Shown here: piece after piece, positions 9,451-19,804 of the stretch
Position numbering within the stretch: position 1 is the first letter of the stretch
Layout of the letters: each line of letters starts with the position of its first letter
Source: Candidatus Bathyarchaeota archaeon
GTDB taxonomy: Archaea; Thermoproteota; Bathyarchaeia; Bathyarchaeales; Bathycorpusculaceae
Direction: 5' to 3'
Assembly: GCA_963767735.1 (NCBI GenBank)
Contig: CAVYES010000005.1
Span: 1-64,000, forward strand
Length of the DNA: 64,000 bases
Notes under the pieces: model-generated
Seen by the model: the letters and a program-made list of their open reading frames with translations, nothing else
Databases searched by the model: none
What the model was told of the DNA's origin: nothing
Translations under genes and position numbers: made by a program

Positions 9451-11340
9451 ATGATAATGGAAAAAAGAATTGAAATTTGTTTTCAGCCAGAAGGCAAGAG
9501 AATAACTGTCAAACCAAGTGTAACAGTGCTTGAAGCAGCCGAAGAGGCTGGAATAGGACTAAGATCTGATTGCGGAGGTCAAGGCTCCTGCAGTAAATGC
9601 CGCGTAATAATCAGGAATCCCGCTAAGGTCAACGGAGTTACCGCTGCTGAAAAGAAGGTCCTTTCATCCTCTGAATTGACTAATGGATTCAGACTTGCTT
9701 GTTGCGCACGCATTGAAGGCAATCTAATAGTTATGGTGCCTGCCGAAAGTAGGACAGGAAAAAGAAAAATCCAAGCGCATGGAATGGAGCGGGAAGTAAA
9801 ACTGAACCCTGTGATAAGAAAGCTCTACATAGAACTGTCAAAGCCCTCAATCTACGACTCACAACCCGATTTTGAGAGACTTCTAGAATCGTTACGGAGA
9901 CGAGGAATCGCTTATTTGGAGATTGACCATGAGTTGCTGCAAACATTGCCTAATATTTTGAGAGCGGCAGAATGGAAGGTCACCGTAACTATTTGGAATG
10001 ATAAGAAAATAGTTTCGGTGGAAGCAGGAAACACAGAGAAGAACAAGTACGGCTTCTCAGTGGATATTGGCACCTCAAAAATAGTTGGCTACCTTGTGGA
10101 CTTGACTTCAGGGAAGGTAATCGCTTTCAAATCTGCAGAAAACCCGCAGTTAATCCATGGTGAAGATATAATCACAAGAATAACTTATGCTCAAGCCAAC
10201 GACGAAAACTTGAAAGAACTCCAGCAAGAACTTATCGAAACAATCAACTTCACAATTGTTGAGGCGTGCCTGGAAAGCAACGTCAATAAACGGGATGTCT
10301 ATGAGGTCACGGTCGTTGGGAACACGGCGATGCACCACTTTTTCCTCGGAATTCAACCCAAAAGCCTTCTTTTTTCCCCTTATGTGCCAGCAATAAAAAG
10401 GGCAGTAAACGTAAAAGCTGCATCTTTGAAAATCGACACTAATCCATTAGGCAACGTTCACTTTTTGCCGAATATAGCTGGATTTGTCGGAGCAGATGCC
10501 GTCGCTGACGTCTTGGCAACAGGTATGCATGAAATGGATAAAGTGTGCCTTCTCATGGACGTTGGAACGAACGGCGAGGTTTTTTTGGGGAACAAACAGA
10601 GAATTGTTGCTTGCTCTTGTGCTGCTGGTCCAGCATTTGAGGGCATGCACATTGAGCACGGGATGAAAGCAGGAACCGGAGCTATTGAACGGGTAAAAAT
10701 TGATTCTGAAACACTGGATGTAGAATTCGTGACCATTGATGACGGGAAGCCCGTTGGTATATGCGGTTCAGGAGTCGTTGATGCCATTGCCGAGATGTTT
10801 AGATGTGGGGTAATTAACCAAAGCGGAGATTTCAACAAGAATCTTAAAACAAAACACTTTCGTATAGTCAACGATGAAACGAAATTCATCATTGCTTGGA
10901 AACACGATACTAGCTTGTGCAACGACATAACAATCAGCCGAAAGGACATTCAAGAAATACAGTTGGCAAAGGCTGCACTGCACACGGGCGCAACAGTTCT
11001 TATGAACGAAAGGCACGTTGAAGAGGCTGACATTGAACATGTGTATATCGCGGGAGCTTTTGGGAAATACCTGAATCCTGAAAGCGCCAAGCTTATCGGT
11101 TTAATTCCCGACGTGGCTACTGAGAAAATCGAGTTTGTAGGCAACACAGCTGTTTCAGGCGCGAAAATGGCTCTGGTTTCTAGGAAAGCAAGGAATGAAA
11201 CTCAGGAGATTTCAGCTAGCGTCAATTACGTGGAGCTTATGACTACCCCAGGCTTCCGCAAAGAATTCTTGGATTCCGTATTCCTCCCACATAGAAACGC
11301 AGAAAAGTATCCGAGTGTCCAAACCAGTTGCAGTGGTTGA
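9451..11340 (+). CDS. Reductive activator of corrinoid proteins (RACo, 2Fe-2S + ASKHA/DUF4445)
   Basis: CGGQGSCSKC...RLAC ferredoxin, VDIGTS, DVGTNGE, CAAGPAFEG, GICGSG and IAGAFG. Confidence 0.92.
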   Translation: MIMEKRIEICFQPEGKRITVKPSVTVLEAAEEAGIGLRSDCGGQGSCSKCRVIIRNPAKVNGVTAAEKKVLSSSELTNGFRLACCARIEGNLIVMVPAESRTGKRKIQAHGMEREVKLNPVIRKLYIELSKPSIYDSQPDFERLLESLRRRGIAYLEIDHELLQTLPNILRAAEWKVTVTIWNDKKIVSVEAGNTEKNKYGFSVDIGTSKIVGYLVDLTSGKVIAFKSAENPQLIHGEDIITRITYAQANDENLKELQQELIETINFTIVEACLESNVNKRDVYEVTVVGNTAMHHFFLGIQPKSLLFSPYVPAIKRAVNVKAASLKIDTNPLGNVHFLPNIAGFVGADAVADVLATGMHEMDKVCLLMDVGTNGEVFLGNKQRIVACSCAAGPAFEGMHIEHGMKAGTGAIERVKIDSETLDVEFVTIDDGKPVGICGSGVVDAIAEMFRCGVINQSGDFNKNLKTKHFRIVNDETKFIIAWKHDTSLCNDITISRKDIQEIQLAKAALHTGATVLMNERHVEEADIEHVYIAGAFGKYLNPESAKLIGLIPDVATEKIEFVGNTAVSGAKMALVSRKARNETQEISASVNYVELMTTPGFRKEFLDSVFLPHRNAEKYPSVQTSCSG

Positions 11341-11382
11341 AGATTTTGTAGGAGAGATTATTTGTGACAGAAAAAATAAATT

Positions 11383-11950
11383 ATGAACCAAAAATATCAT
11401 GTAGTCGGTGTCTACGAGGTATCGCGCATTGAGCAGCTAACTCCTTGCGTAAGACGAATTATTCTTCACGATGCAGCCTTGGAGGGCTTGAAGGCACAGA
11501 CTAACCTTGAAGGTTTCGCATCTGGAACAAAGGTGATTGCTTTCTTCGAGGTAGCTAATAAGCTTGAGAACAGCCCTCGACACTAAAGCTAATCTCACGG
11601 TGACATGGCTACATCGTGGTGACGCGGAACCGGGCACAAGCGGTCTCCTACTGAAATCGACTCGAGAGTTTCCATGGCCAGAGGGAAAGGTCCTCGTCTG
11701 GGCATGTGGCGAGATGAAGATAGTTACTGAAATACGTGAGTTCATCATAGAGGAGCATGGTCTCCAAAAGGGCGACTTCAAATGTCAAGCTTACTAGCGA
11801 CGCGGAAAAACAGAGGTAGAGCGAATGGCACGTATGACCAAGTTATCTTTGGCGGTTGCCGAGTCCAAGCCAGACGCCTTTAAGGAGTATGAAAATACCG
11901 GCATGGGCATCCTTGACCCGACACTGTTCGGAGAACCGGGGAAGAATTTG
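11383..11950 (+). pseudogene. Siderophore-interacting protein (ViuB/SIP-like) remnant
   Basis: RIEQLTPCVRRIIL N-terminus; VTWLHRG...VWACGE...AY*RRG C-terminal domain; internal deletion, frameshift near 11570, and TAG where Trp is expected. Confidence 0.6.
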
Positions 11951-12389
11951 CATTTTTCTTTTCTCCTGTCTCTATTGACGGTGACAAGCTTACTGGCAAA
12001 ATGGACAGTCGCGTAGGCCACAGCAACATTTCGGACGGAACAATTAACGGTGACGCTGGGCACCCAGAAGGCAACACTGCATGGGAAATTGCAATGAAGA
12101 CGACTTGAAATGGAAAATGAAACCCATCTCGGCGTTCCTGAAGAAAGCAAAGGCGGGTTGTTTCCGAGACATGCAAAGACTGAAACGGTTAAAAATGAAG
12201 CAAGATGATGTGGAAAGCATCGAAAGTTTCCGCGGCGCATAACACTTGAATTCACCGCAAAGCGCGCAACGGCAACTCAATGTCAGGCACAGTAAAACTG
12301 GACCTTTAGGTCAAGCAATCTTCATAGGCACAAAAAACTAGCTGCAAATCTTTTTCCGCCTCAAATAGGATTCCCACCAGCTCAGTAGC

Positions 12390-13313
12390 CTAAAAGATTT
12401 TGTAGAGTGGATGGTTGGGCATTTTGGTCGTGGTGCCCAATCTCTTTGCCGCGTAAGCTACAATCGCGTCGGTCATCGCGCACGCTGGAAAAGCAGCCTC
12501 AGCAAATTCAACTGGACCATGCAGAACAAAGTTTGCCCCCGACATTTGTGTAACAACAACCGAACCTCCCAAGCAAACGTTATAGGCTGCCGGTCCGAAT
12601 TCGCCTTTCTTAACCCTTTTCCAGCTAGTCACTGCGTTTGCAGGTGCACAACCTGTGGGCAGTCCGAACTCGTTTTTGACAAGCTGAACCGCTCTGGCAG
12701 CTATGCCTATGCTTGGGACATCAAGAACGCCAGTATCTACAAGGACGTTTTTTATGCCTGCCATTTCAGAAGCGTTCATGAGTCCTCTTTGTCCCGAATA
12801 ACCCTTGAGGATGCTTACTCTTCCCTCAGCCAAAGGCTTCTTCGGGTCAAAAACCATAACAATAGCGTTTTGCACGCCAAGGTCCCTTAGCGATGTCAGC
12901 TCTCGGTCTGTAGCATGGTAATCGATAGAATTGTAAACAGCCCTGCTCATAAGGCCCATTTCCTTTATCGCCTTCATTGCTGGTATTCTGACTTGCTCTG
13001 AAGGACCATCAACCAAAAAAGGTGACTGCGTCACATTGGAAACAAAATCGACATATCTGACCAATGCCTCGGAGGTGTTGCCTACGACATCGAGGAAAAA
13101 TGGATTTCCAGTTTTTTCTGACAACTCAATTAATTTGTTAACCAGGCTTTCTGCCTGTTGCCTATCGAATTCGCCCCTGGTTGGGTCTTTGACGATTTTG
13201 TGTCCGTCGTAGAATATGCTGGGAACAAGAACTGTTGGGTACTCGCCTGGTTGCCCACCAATTTTTACTCCCCCAATATCAATGACTTGCTGTTCTGTTT
13301 CGAACTTGAACAC
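12390..13313 (-). CDS. mtrH: MtrH-family pterin:corrinoid methyltransferase (stand-alone)
   Basis: MFKFETEQQVIDIGGVKIGGQPGEYPTVL, YNSI, GCAPAN and HPLYKIF. Confidence 0.9.
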   Translation of the reverse strand: MFKFETEQQVIDIGGVKIGGQPGEYPTVLVPSIFYDGHKIVKDPTRGEFDRQQAESLVNKLIELSEKTGNPFFLDVVGNTSEALVRYVDFVSNVTQSPFLVDGPSEQVRIPAMKAIKEMGLMSRAVYNSIDYHATDRELTSLRDLGVQNAIVMVFDPKKPLAEGRVSILKGYSGQRGLMNASEMAGIKNVLVDTGVLDVPSIGIAARAVQLVKNEFGLPTGCAPANAVTSWKRVKKGEFGPAAYNVCLGGSVVVTQMSGANFVLHGPVEFAEAAFPACAMTDAIVAYAAKRLGTTTKMPNHPLYKIF

Positions 13314-13556
13314 CTTACATCCGCCTCTGGATAACCCGATACCTTGTTTAATTTGTCACTAATAAGATGTAGTTAATTGCAAAAGCAACAAACCGCCAAC
13401 AGCCCAACAATACATACGAGCTATTAATTCTAACTCGAGGGGAGAGCCAAAATCCAAATAATCCATTTGTAGTGAGTAACAAATGTCCCAAACCAGATTT
13501 TAACTACTTCTTCGTGGCAGAGCAAGAACCACTTAAGGGAGTGTGACAAGGAAAAA

Positions 13557-13742
13557 ATGTTTCCTTTATTCGTAGTCATAATGTTGGCGGTCAGCGCAAT
13601 CATGATGTTCTCCGGCGTCGCTGCAATAAGATTCGGATCTAAAAGAATGCAGTTTTTCATGAAAATCATGAAAGCGGTCATGGGTTTGGAAATTGCAATC
13701 GGAATAGTTAGTATTGTTGCTTTAATTATCTATTTCATTTAG
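13557..13742 (+). CDS. Small two-helix membrane protein
   Basis: 61 aa with two hydrophobic segments. Confidence 0.45.
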   Translation: MFPLFVVIMLAVSAIMMFSGVAAIRFGSKRMQFFMKIMKAVMGLEIAIGIVSIVALIIYFI

Positions 13743-13789
13743 CGCACGTGCGAGTTTAACGGGATCCAATTGCTAGCGCGTGCTCTATT

Positions 13790-14159
13790 TGCAAAAGCTG
13801 CCTTTCTCAAACTTACAAAGATGCTTTAGACGGCTGAAAGGATGATGAACAAGCTCAATCGAAGAGTCTGAGCGAAAACGGAAACCTGTTTCTTAAACTT
13901 AGGCGAAACGTCGTAAACGTACCTTGACCTCCCAAGACCTTCAGAAGTTACTTTTTTCACGCACCAAAACACCCATACTTAACAACTTCTTAAGATGCAG
14001 TTTTAGAGTGTTGTGAGAAAATCCCACCGCTTCAAGGAGTTGAGTGAAGAGTCTTGGCTTCCCATTCTTCAAAAGAGTGGATTCGCATATCAAGGATATC
14101 CATGGAGTAATACATGTTGAATCGGACTTAAAACCATTTTTAGCCAATTTTAGGAACAA
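13790..14159 (-). pseudogene. Degenerate winged-HTH regulator
   Basis: FTQLLEAVGFSHNTLKLHLKKL...REK, continuing in another frame as GLGRSRYVY. Confidence 0.45.
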
Positions 14160-14317
14160 ACATGCGCGCTAGAACTATTGGAAAACAAACTGACAACTTA
14201 GTATTATCCCTTTATAGCTGAAAAATATTTTGGAACCCAAACGACGATTGCCCGAATTTTTGAAATAATAGAGGCGCAAACAGCTTTTATTTTTTAATTT
14301 AAGACTTTGCTGTGGTT

Positions 14318-14333
14318 ACTTACAGCTGTAAGT
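14318..14333. promoter_or_regulatory. 16-bp palindrome upstream of TATA-like box of 14389 gene
   Basis: ACTTACAGCTGTAAGT followed by TTATAAAT at ~14341. Confidence 0.5.
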
Positions 14334-14388
14334 TACCATATTATAAATATTTCTAAATGCCACAATTTTTTAGTGGGGATATTGAAAT

Positions 14389-15444
14389 ATGTCAAAAGAA
14401 AAGAAAGCAGAAGTAGATATTGGGCCAGAAGAAGAAATGAGTTGGGTTGATAGAGTTCCGAAAGGAGCGTCCTATTTTGAAGAAAGCGATTTCATGCTCT
14501 TAGCAGAAGCTGGAGATTATGATATCTTTTTCGTAACGTGTTTTTTCCGTTTCGGTGGGGGAAAAAAAGGCATTTATCAAGTTGATGACGTAGCAGCAAT
14601 TCAGACGGCGCTACTAGTAACTCCAAAAAATCAACGCGGAAAAATGAATGATAACCCATTTATCGGTAACCGAATCTATCCAACTGATTGGGAAAGCAAA
14701 GCAAAAATAACGCGCAATAAAGAAGAAGTTGTTTGGGAAATTGAAAAATGTAAATTCATCTGTAATCCATCACGCTGGGAACTCAAAGGAAGCCACATGG
14801 GCGTAGAATGGGATTTGAAAGCAAAAGGAGTGGGTCACCCCGCATTCTTTGCGGGTAGATATGAGGACTTACCAACTACAGGCTCAACGGGTTTTGGTCA
14901 ACCTTTCTTGGTTGAAGGCACAATCAAAGCGGACGGAAAGACACACCAAATTAAAGCAGCCGGAGCTCATGACCATGTTATCTTGACTGTCGACCTTGTC
15001 CAAATGTATGATAAAAACAGAATAAATTACTATTGGGTGTCGGCAGTGGATCAGGCTACATATTTACATATTTACGCTGTGCCAGGTATAACCACGTATA
15101 ACCATGTAAGATTAAACAACCAAGACATAGACATGGACAAAGCCGAAACGACGATTACGCCATTAGAGTATTGGATAGATCCTAGAACAGGGTTGCAACT
15201 TCCTGTCCGTTGGAATATACATTTACGTGCAGAAAATGGTGTTCTAGACGTCTCTGCAGTGGGTTATGCAAGAGCACTATATGGTTTCCTATCAAGATCG
15301 GGGACGACGATACATAACGGAATATATGCTCGATTTAACGGGAAATTCTATTCTAAAGACGGCAAAGTCATTGATATTAAGGATCTTCCCGCTTGGGTGG
15401 AATGGGGCAGAGCATTGTTCCCTCTGGAATCTGGGGCACCATAA
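14389..15444 (+). CDS. Hypothetical all-beta protein, possibly AttH/lipocalin-like (tocopherol cyclase/CrtC-like fold)
   Basis: VEGTIKADGK...GAHDH, YYW and W.DPRTGLQLPVRWNI resemble AttH-like proteins. Confidence 0.45.
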   Translation: MSKEKKAEVDIGPEEEMSWVDRVPKGASYFEESDFMLLAEAGDYDIFFVTCFFRFGGGKKGIYQVDDVAAIQTALLVTPKNQRGKMNDNPFIGNRIYPTDWESKAKITRNKEEVVWEIEKCKFICNPSRWELKGSHMGVEWDLKAKGVGHPAFFAGRYEDLPTTGSTGFGQPFLVEGTIKADGKTHQIKAAGAHDHVILTVDLVQMYDKNRINYYWVSAVDQATYLHIYAVPGITTYNHVRLNNQDIDMDKAETTITPLEYWIDPRTGLQLPVRWNIHLRAENGVLDVSAVGYARALYGFLSRSGTTIHNGIYARFNGKFYSKDGKVIDIKDLPAWVEWGRALFPLESGAP

Positions 15445-15923
15445 TCTTTTTTCCCCTTTTTTAAATTTTTTAGTTGCGACTTTTTGAGAGAAATATCAGC
15501 TCATAAGCTAAATTGTTGACTCAATACCGCTACATCGTTTAGCAAGTGCTATTACATCAGTTATAGGCTTCGCTTTAACTTTTTGGCTCTTTTGACTAAT
15601 TTATTATACGTATCAGGAGACTTAGCTTTTAATATCTGCTTATTTTTTGAATACAACTCTTTTCCCGCTTCAGAAAAAGAGTAGTCATAACGTCGAATAC
15701 CAGAAGAAAGAGTGTAATTGTTTGTTCTCCTGCATTTAAAAACCGCCACACACCATTTATTCGAAACTGCAATTAACCATCATTAAGCCCAAACATAGAT
15801 GACAAATATATTAAAGGAGTTTGTCGCAATCGCAACAAACTCCAATTTATTTTCTAGTACCTAAGAATAGTCGTTAGGAGTTGGCTGATCCGGGTCATCT
15901 CAATCAAAAGCTCACATCCCCCG

Positions 15924-17035
15924 GCGCGCTGCCTTGTCCCGATATTACGTGTTGAAGTATGTTGGTGAGACTGCTTTATCGTATCTTCCGAAGTTTTCTG
16001 CCGCCTCTCGGTTCAGAACTAAGCATAGAATGCTAAAGAGCGCATATGAAGCTACGTTGCCTAAGCCTCTTACTTTATTGACGGTTAGGCTGTACTGTGT
16101 CTTTAGGAAGCTGTAGACTGCCTCTACATGAGGTCTTTTGTGGTACTCCTTCTTCTGTTCTTCCGGTCCATAGGCTCGAAACTTCTTGTCCACTCTCAGC
16201 AAGCCCTTAACGTCCAGTTTCTGGTTTGAACGATACGGTATCACCGCAGCGTCGACAGCGTCTCTGAGTTTGCCGTCGCTGTACTGGCTGTCAGCTATCA
16301 CACTTCTCAATTTAGCCTCAGACTGCTTGAGAATCAGCTTGGTCTTCTCCAGCAGGTTCAATGAGTGTTTCTGCTCGTTCTGATTAGCCGAAGCAAAAAT
16401 GCAGGCTAAAGGAAGCATAGTCGCAGAATCGATAGCTAAGTGCAGCTTGTAGCCGAGTCCGAATGATCTGCCTGCGCGTCCGACTCTGGCTTCCTTGTCT
16501 GAATAGCCAGTCTGGTTGTCCAGTGGATCACGTGTACTCCACGCATCTATAAAGGAAGCATCAAAAATGGAATCAACGTCTCTTGCACTGCTGTGTTTCG
16601 AGAGCTTAACAACTTTCTCGTCTATTATGTTAATGAGGCGGATTTCTCCGACTTTGCGGATGAACCTGCTGAGAACGCTTCGTGGGTAACCTTTTTCGGC
16701 TGGTTTGATGAGGCACAATCGTCTAAGTCTTGGGTCTGCGTCGAGTAGTCTGGTCATTTCTCTTAGGCTGCGAACGCCCTTCATGCGCATAACGATGAAG
16801 GTTCTGAAAAGTCCCATTGGGTTTCTGGGGGGTCTTCCTGGACCATCGGAATGGAAGCAGTCGAGTAAGGCTGCTTTAGCAAAACTTAAGTCTACGTTTC
16901 TGAAGAGGGTTTCTAGGGTCTCGTGTTCATCTTGTCCCGCTTGGGGGCACCTCCTAAGCTTGGACGTAACTCATTTGAAACGAGGCCCCAACTCAAAAAT
17001 AAACGTTTACTTAATTAAGGGACAAGCCAGCGCGC
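15924..17035 (-). mobile_element. IS5/IS4-like insertion sequence
   Basis: 17-bp imperfect TIRs GCGCGCTGCCTTGTCCC (15924-15940) and GGGACAAGCCAGCGCGC (17019-17035) around a DDE transposase. Confidence 0.8.
15945..16950 (-). CDS. DDE transposase; probable GTG start at 16950 with a 1-nt indel in the homopolymer near 16945
   Basis: IFDASF, GYKLH, IADSQY and YHKRPHVEAVYSFLK (YREK); frame stays open ~43 codons upstream of the 16817 ATG (GPGRPPRNP). Confidence 0.85.
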
Positions 17036-17180
17036 TTCCGCGGGTACCGAAGTTAGCAAAAACAAACTCCACGGAACTGTTGAATCTGTTAAAACTGTCT
17101 CGGACTTGGTTGCAGCAATTAGCGGGACAATAGAAAAAGTAAACGAGGAGGCAAGTTCCAACCCTCTACTTCTAAACGCG
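17036..17180 (+). pseudogene. Internal fragment of a second gcvH copy
   Basis: GTEVSKNKLHGTVESVKTVSDLVAAISGTIEKVNEE aligns to gcvH at 17496..17912. Confidence 0.7.
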
Positions 17181-17189
17181 CGCTAGTTT

Positions 17190-17352
17190 AGCTTGGCTAA
17201 CAACAAAGTAAGGAGACTAGCGCAAGTGACATTCTATGCATTGTGCAGCATTCTTTGTCTTGTTCTAAACAGAGAGACAGTTGAAAGGATTGGCAGATAA
17301 AAAGGCAGTGTCAACGTACTTTAGTACATAATTTAGGGACAAAGCGGCGCGC
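17190..17352 (+). mobile_element. Degenerate 3' end of a related IS, inverted relative to the intact copy
   Basis: NKVRRLAQVTFYALCSILCLVLNRE...TYFST* followed by TIR-like GGGACAAAGCGGCGCGC (17336-17352). Confidence 0.7.
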
Positions 17353-17478
17353 GAATAACCCGCATTTTTTCTCTTGGGTAATCAAAGTGATTTCGGCTGT
17401 GCGGTCTCTTTTGCGTGCAGCAGAAGCTGCTTCAAGTCCTTCCGCGTTAGCCCCAATGATAATAATGTGCCTGACCAT
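17351..17478 (-). pseudogene. Truncated N-terminus of an FAD-dependent NADH oxidase/CoA-disulfide reductase
   Basis: MVRHIIIIGANAEGLEAASAARKRDRTAEITLITQEKNAGYSR ends at the IS remnant TIR. Confidence 0.65.
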
Positions 17479-17495
17479 TCAACTCTGCCTTCTTC

Positions 17496-17912
17496 CTACT
17501 TGGATAGGGCTTGAGCGTTATGCCACTCAACAGCTTTGTTGAAATCCATAATGTTAGCGAGCTCCGCCTCTAAGTCTGAAGCTTTAACAACGATTAACCA
17601 GCCTTTTGCGTACGGATCCTCATTTAATATTTCTGGTTTTGATTGAACTTCCTCGTTAACTTCCTCGATTGTCCCGCTTATGGCTGCTACAAGGTCAGAT
17701 ACAGCCTTAACAGACTCCAAGGTTCCATATGGTTCGCCTTGCTTCACTGCTGTTCCAACACTGGGCAATTCTGCGTAAACAATTTCTCTAAGTGACTTCT
17801 GCGCATAGTCGGTGATGCCCATGCGAACTTTTTCTCCTTCAATTTTTATCCATTCAAAATCTTTAGAATAATAGAGACCTTCAGGCACTTCATATGCTCC
17901 AACTTTAACCAT
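17496..17912 (-). CDS. gcvH: Glycine cleavage system H (lipoyl carrier) protein
   Basis: GITDYAQ, ESVKAVSD (lipoyl Lys) and NEDPYAKGW. Confidence 0.93.
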   Translation of the reverse strand: MVKVGAYEVPEGLYYSKDFEWIKIEGEKVRMGITDYAQKSLREIVYAELPSVGTAVKQGEPYGTLESVKAVSDLVAAISGTIEEVNEEVQSKPEILNEDPYAKGWLIVVKASDLEAELANIMDFNKAVEWHNAQALSK

Positions 17913-18582
17913 GCACTTGAACCTTCTTGAATGCAGTTATTTTAGCCATTTCTATTTCCTCAATTAGAATATACGCGAGTTGATTGGAAGGAATCGAAGA
18001 TTCCTATGACCTTAACGCCTTCTTTGATTGCAAAGACCATAGGCCAGCCGACTCTCATCAAATTGTTGTTCAAATTTGCTTTTAAGTTTTGGTTAGTTTC
18101 GATTGCAACAAACAGACTACAGCTTGATTGGACCCCATCATATTAATTCTCTCATCTGGCTGTAAATGAGCATTCAGGATAACCCGTCTAGCACGATAGT
18201 ATGGGAAGTACTAAACGCCGTGGGTGCTCATGCGATACTATGAGTGCGTGCGAGATGCGGAGCCATAGTGCCCCTTTGGTGGGCGAATAGGCGCGTGCCC
18301 TTACTTCAGCGAGGAAAGAAATAAAGAAAGAAACAGGAGAATAGTGAGAGAATGAAAGAAGGAAAGGTTAATTAGTAGACTTCACATAGGCGCGAAAGAA
18401 CGTTTGCTTGTTCACTCCTTTATGATAATGGCGGTTTGTTTGCCCAAAAAATAAGAGCGGGCGGGAATCCACTCAAACAACTGGTGCTTTGGGTTCACAA
18501 CGTTTGTATTGTCACTTGTTTGTAGTCACAATTCTTTAAGTATTTGGTGCGGCAAAATATTAGATGAATTGGGCTAATTTTT

Positions 18583-18819
18583 ATGGATTTTGCTGAAGGT
18601 GTAGAGTTTTCAAAGAAATTTCCCGCTTGTCGTCTAAAAGTTTTCAAGGGGTTTGTTGATTGGGGTATTTGTTATACTGAAACTGACGGTTATGTAGTTT
18701 TTGCTGATGCAGTTTTGGCTAAGGAATCTTGTTTTAATGAGTTGGAAGATTATGTTAAAAGCCATAATTTAAGAATAGATCATGGTCAGGATTACTTGAT
18801 GATTAGCACGTTTTGTTAA
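18583..18819 (+). CDS. Small hypothetical protein
   Basis: ATG start with TATA-like TTTAAG upstream. Confidence 0.5.
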   Translation: MDFAEGVEFSKKFPACRLKVFKGFVDWGICYTETDGYVVFADAVLAKESCFNELEDYVKSHNLRIDHGQDYLMISTFC

Positions 18820-19070
18820 GTTGTTTGGCGATAAATGGTTACCGAGTTGGCTATTTCTTTCATCGCCAATTTATGTTTCTCAAGAACAGCACCTATGCAC
18901 TTTCGTGAATATTCATCAAGCGAGCAGTTTATTTTCAATTCAAAAGAAGAACCCGCTGCCTTAGTTGGGTCTATGGGTGAAATGGAAACACTATATATTA
19001 AGAGTGACCCATCACATTCGCCTAAAATCTCACGTAGCACCTTAACCACTTCATGTCTCTCCATAGCCAT
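18816..19070 (-). CDS. Small hypothetical protein
   Basis: Plausible alpha/beta small protein, convergent with the previous ORF. Confidence 0.5.
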   Translation of the reverse strand: MAMERHEVVKVLREILGECDGSLLIYSVSISPIDPTKAAGSSFELKINCSLDEYSRKCIGAVLEKHKLAMKEIANSVTIYRQTT

Positions 19071-19706
19071 CGCTCACTTGATTTCTTGCTAGAAAGGCGA
19101 AGAGGCGAAACTAGCAATCCAGCAGATATTAGTCCCGGCAGAAAAATAATTAAAGAAATTGAATGGGTACGAATAGAAATGGGTTGGGACGGCATTGATT
19201 ACGTAAAACCAAGATTTCGAGTCAATAATTCAACAGCTCTGAATTACGGACCTAAGGTTAATTTACCTTCTCCGTATAGCAGAATTTGGGACGGCAATCT
19301 CACTCCTTCAAATCTACAACTATTTAACACCAAACCAAGAAGGAGGCCTTCCATACTTATGGTCAACTACTGGAACTACATGGACTATGTACGACGCTAA
19401 CACAGGTAACCAGATACTGAAAATTGCAAACGTGCCACCTGCAGCTCTTTCAGGTAACCCGTTTAGTGACCCAACAAATCCCTTTTTCCCTTTTTTTAGT
19501 CCTAAAAACCAACAAAGAAAAGTTGAAAGAGAGAAATGGCTGAGAAGGCTCTGGTTACATTCAAAATAGCTGCAAGTGAAGAGTTAGCATTTTTCTTTTT
19601 TCTCCTAAAAAGAAATTTCATCCTTAGTTTCCAGAGCCTCAGCAAACCCTAAGCATATAAAAACAAGTCAATCACTTGTGAACGTTTTTTTTGGTTGACA
19701 GTCGGA

Positions 19707-19725
19707 GAAGGGATTCGAACCCCTG
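19707..19725 (-). repeat. att-like copy of tRNA-Ser T-arm
   Basis: GAAGGGATTCGAACCCCTG is identical to 21612-21630. Confidence 0.75.
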
Positions 19726-19804
19726 AGAACAATGCTGGCATAATGCGTTGAAATGCGATAGAGTTAAAAGCAATTGTTAAGTAAACTGATTTAGGTGCGC
19801 GTAT

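Noticed and set aside
11795-11797. In-frame TAG as pyrrolysine in a methyltransferase neighbourhood
   Set aside because: It falls at the conserved Trp of the SIP YWRRG motif in a gene that is also deleted and frameshifted; a TGG-to-TAG mutation is simpler.
13772-14172. MITE bounded by CTAGCGCG/CGCGCTAG
   Set aside because: An 8-bp inverted match is too short to support an element.
18190-18310. Possible structured ncRNA (GC-richer intergenic stretch with short hairpins)
   Set aside because: The stems are short and rely on wobble pairs; no recognisable RNA family without a covariance search.
19053-19569. ORFs 19053..19400 and 19387..19569 as intact genes
   Set aside because: Only a short piece (WTMYDANTGNQILKIANVP) looks like a beta-propeller surface-protein fragment; the rest is not protein-like.
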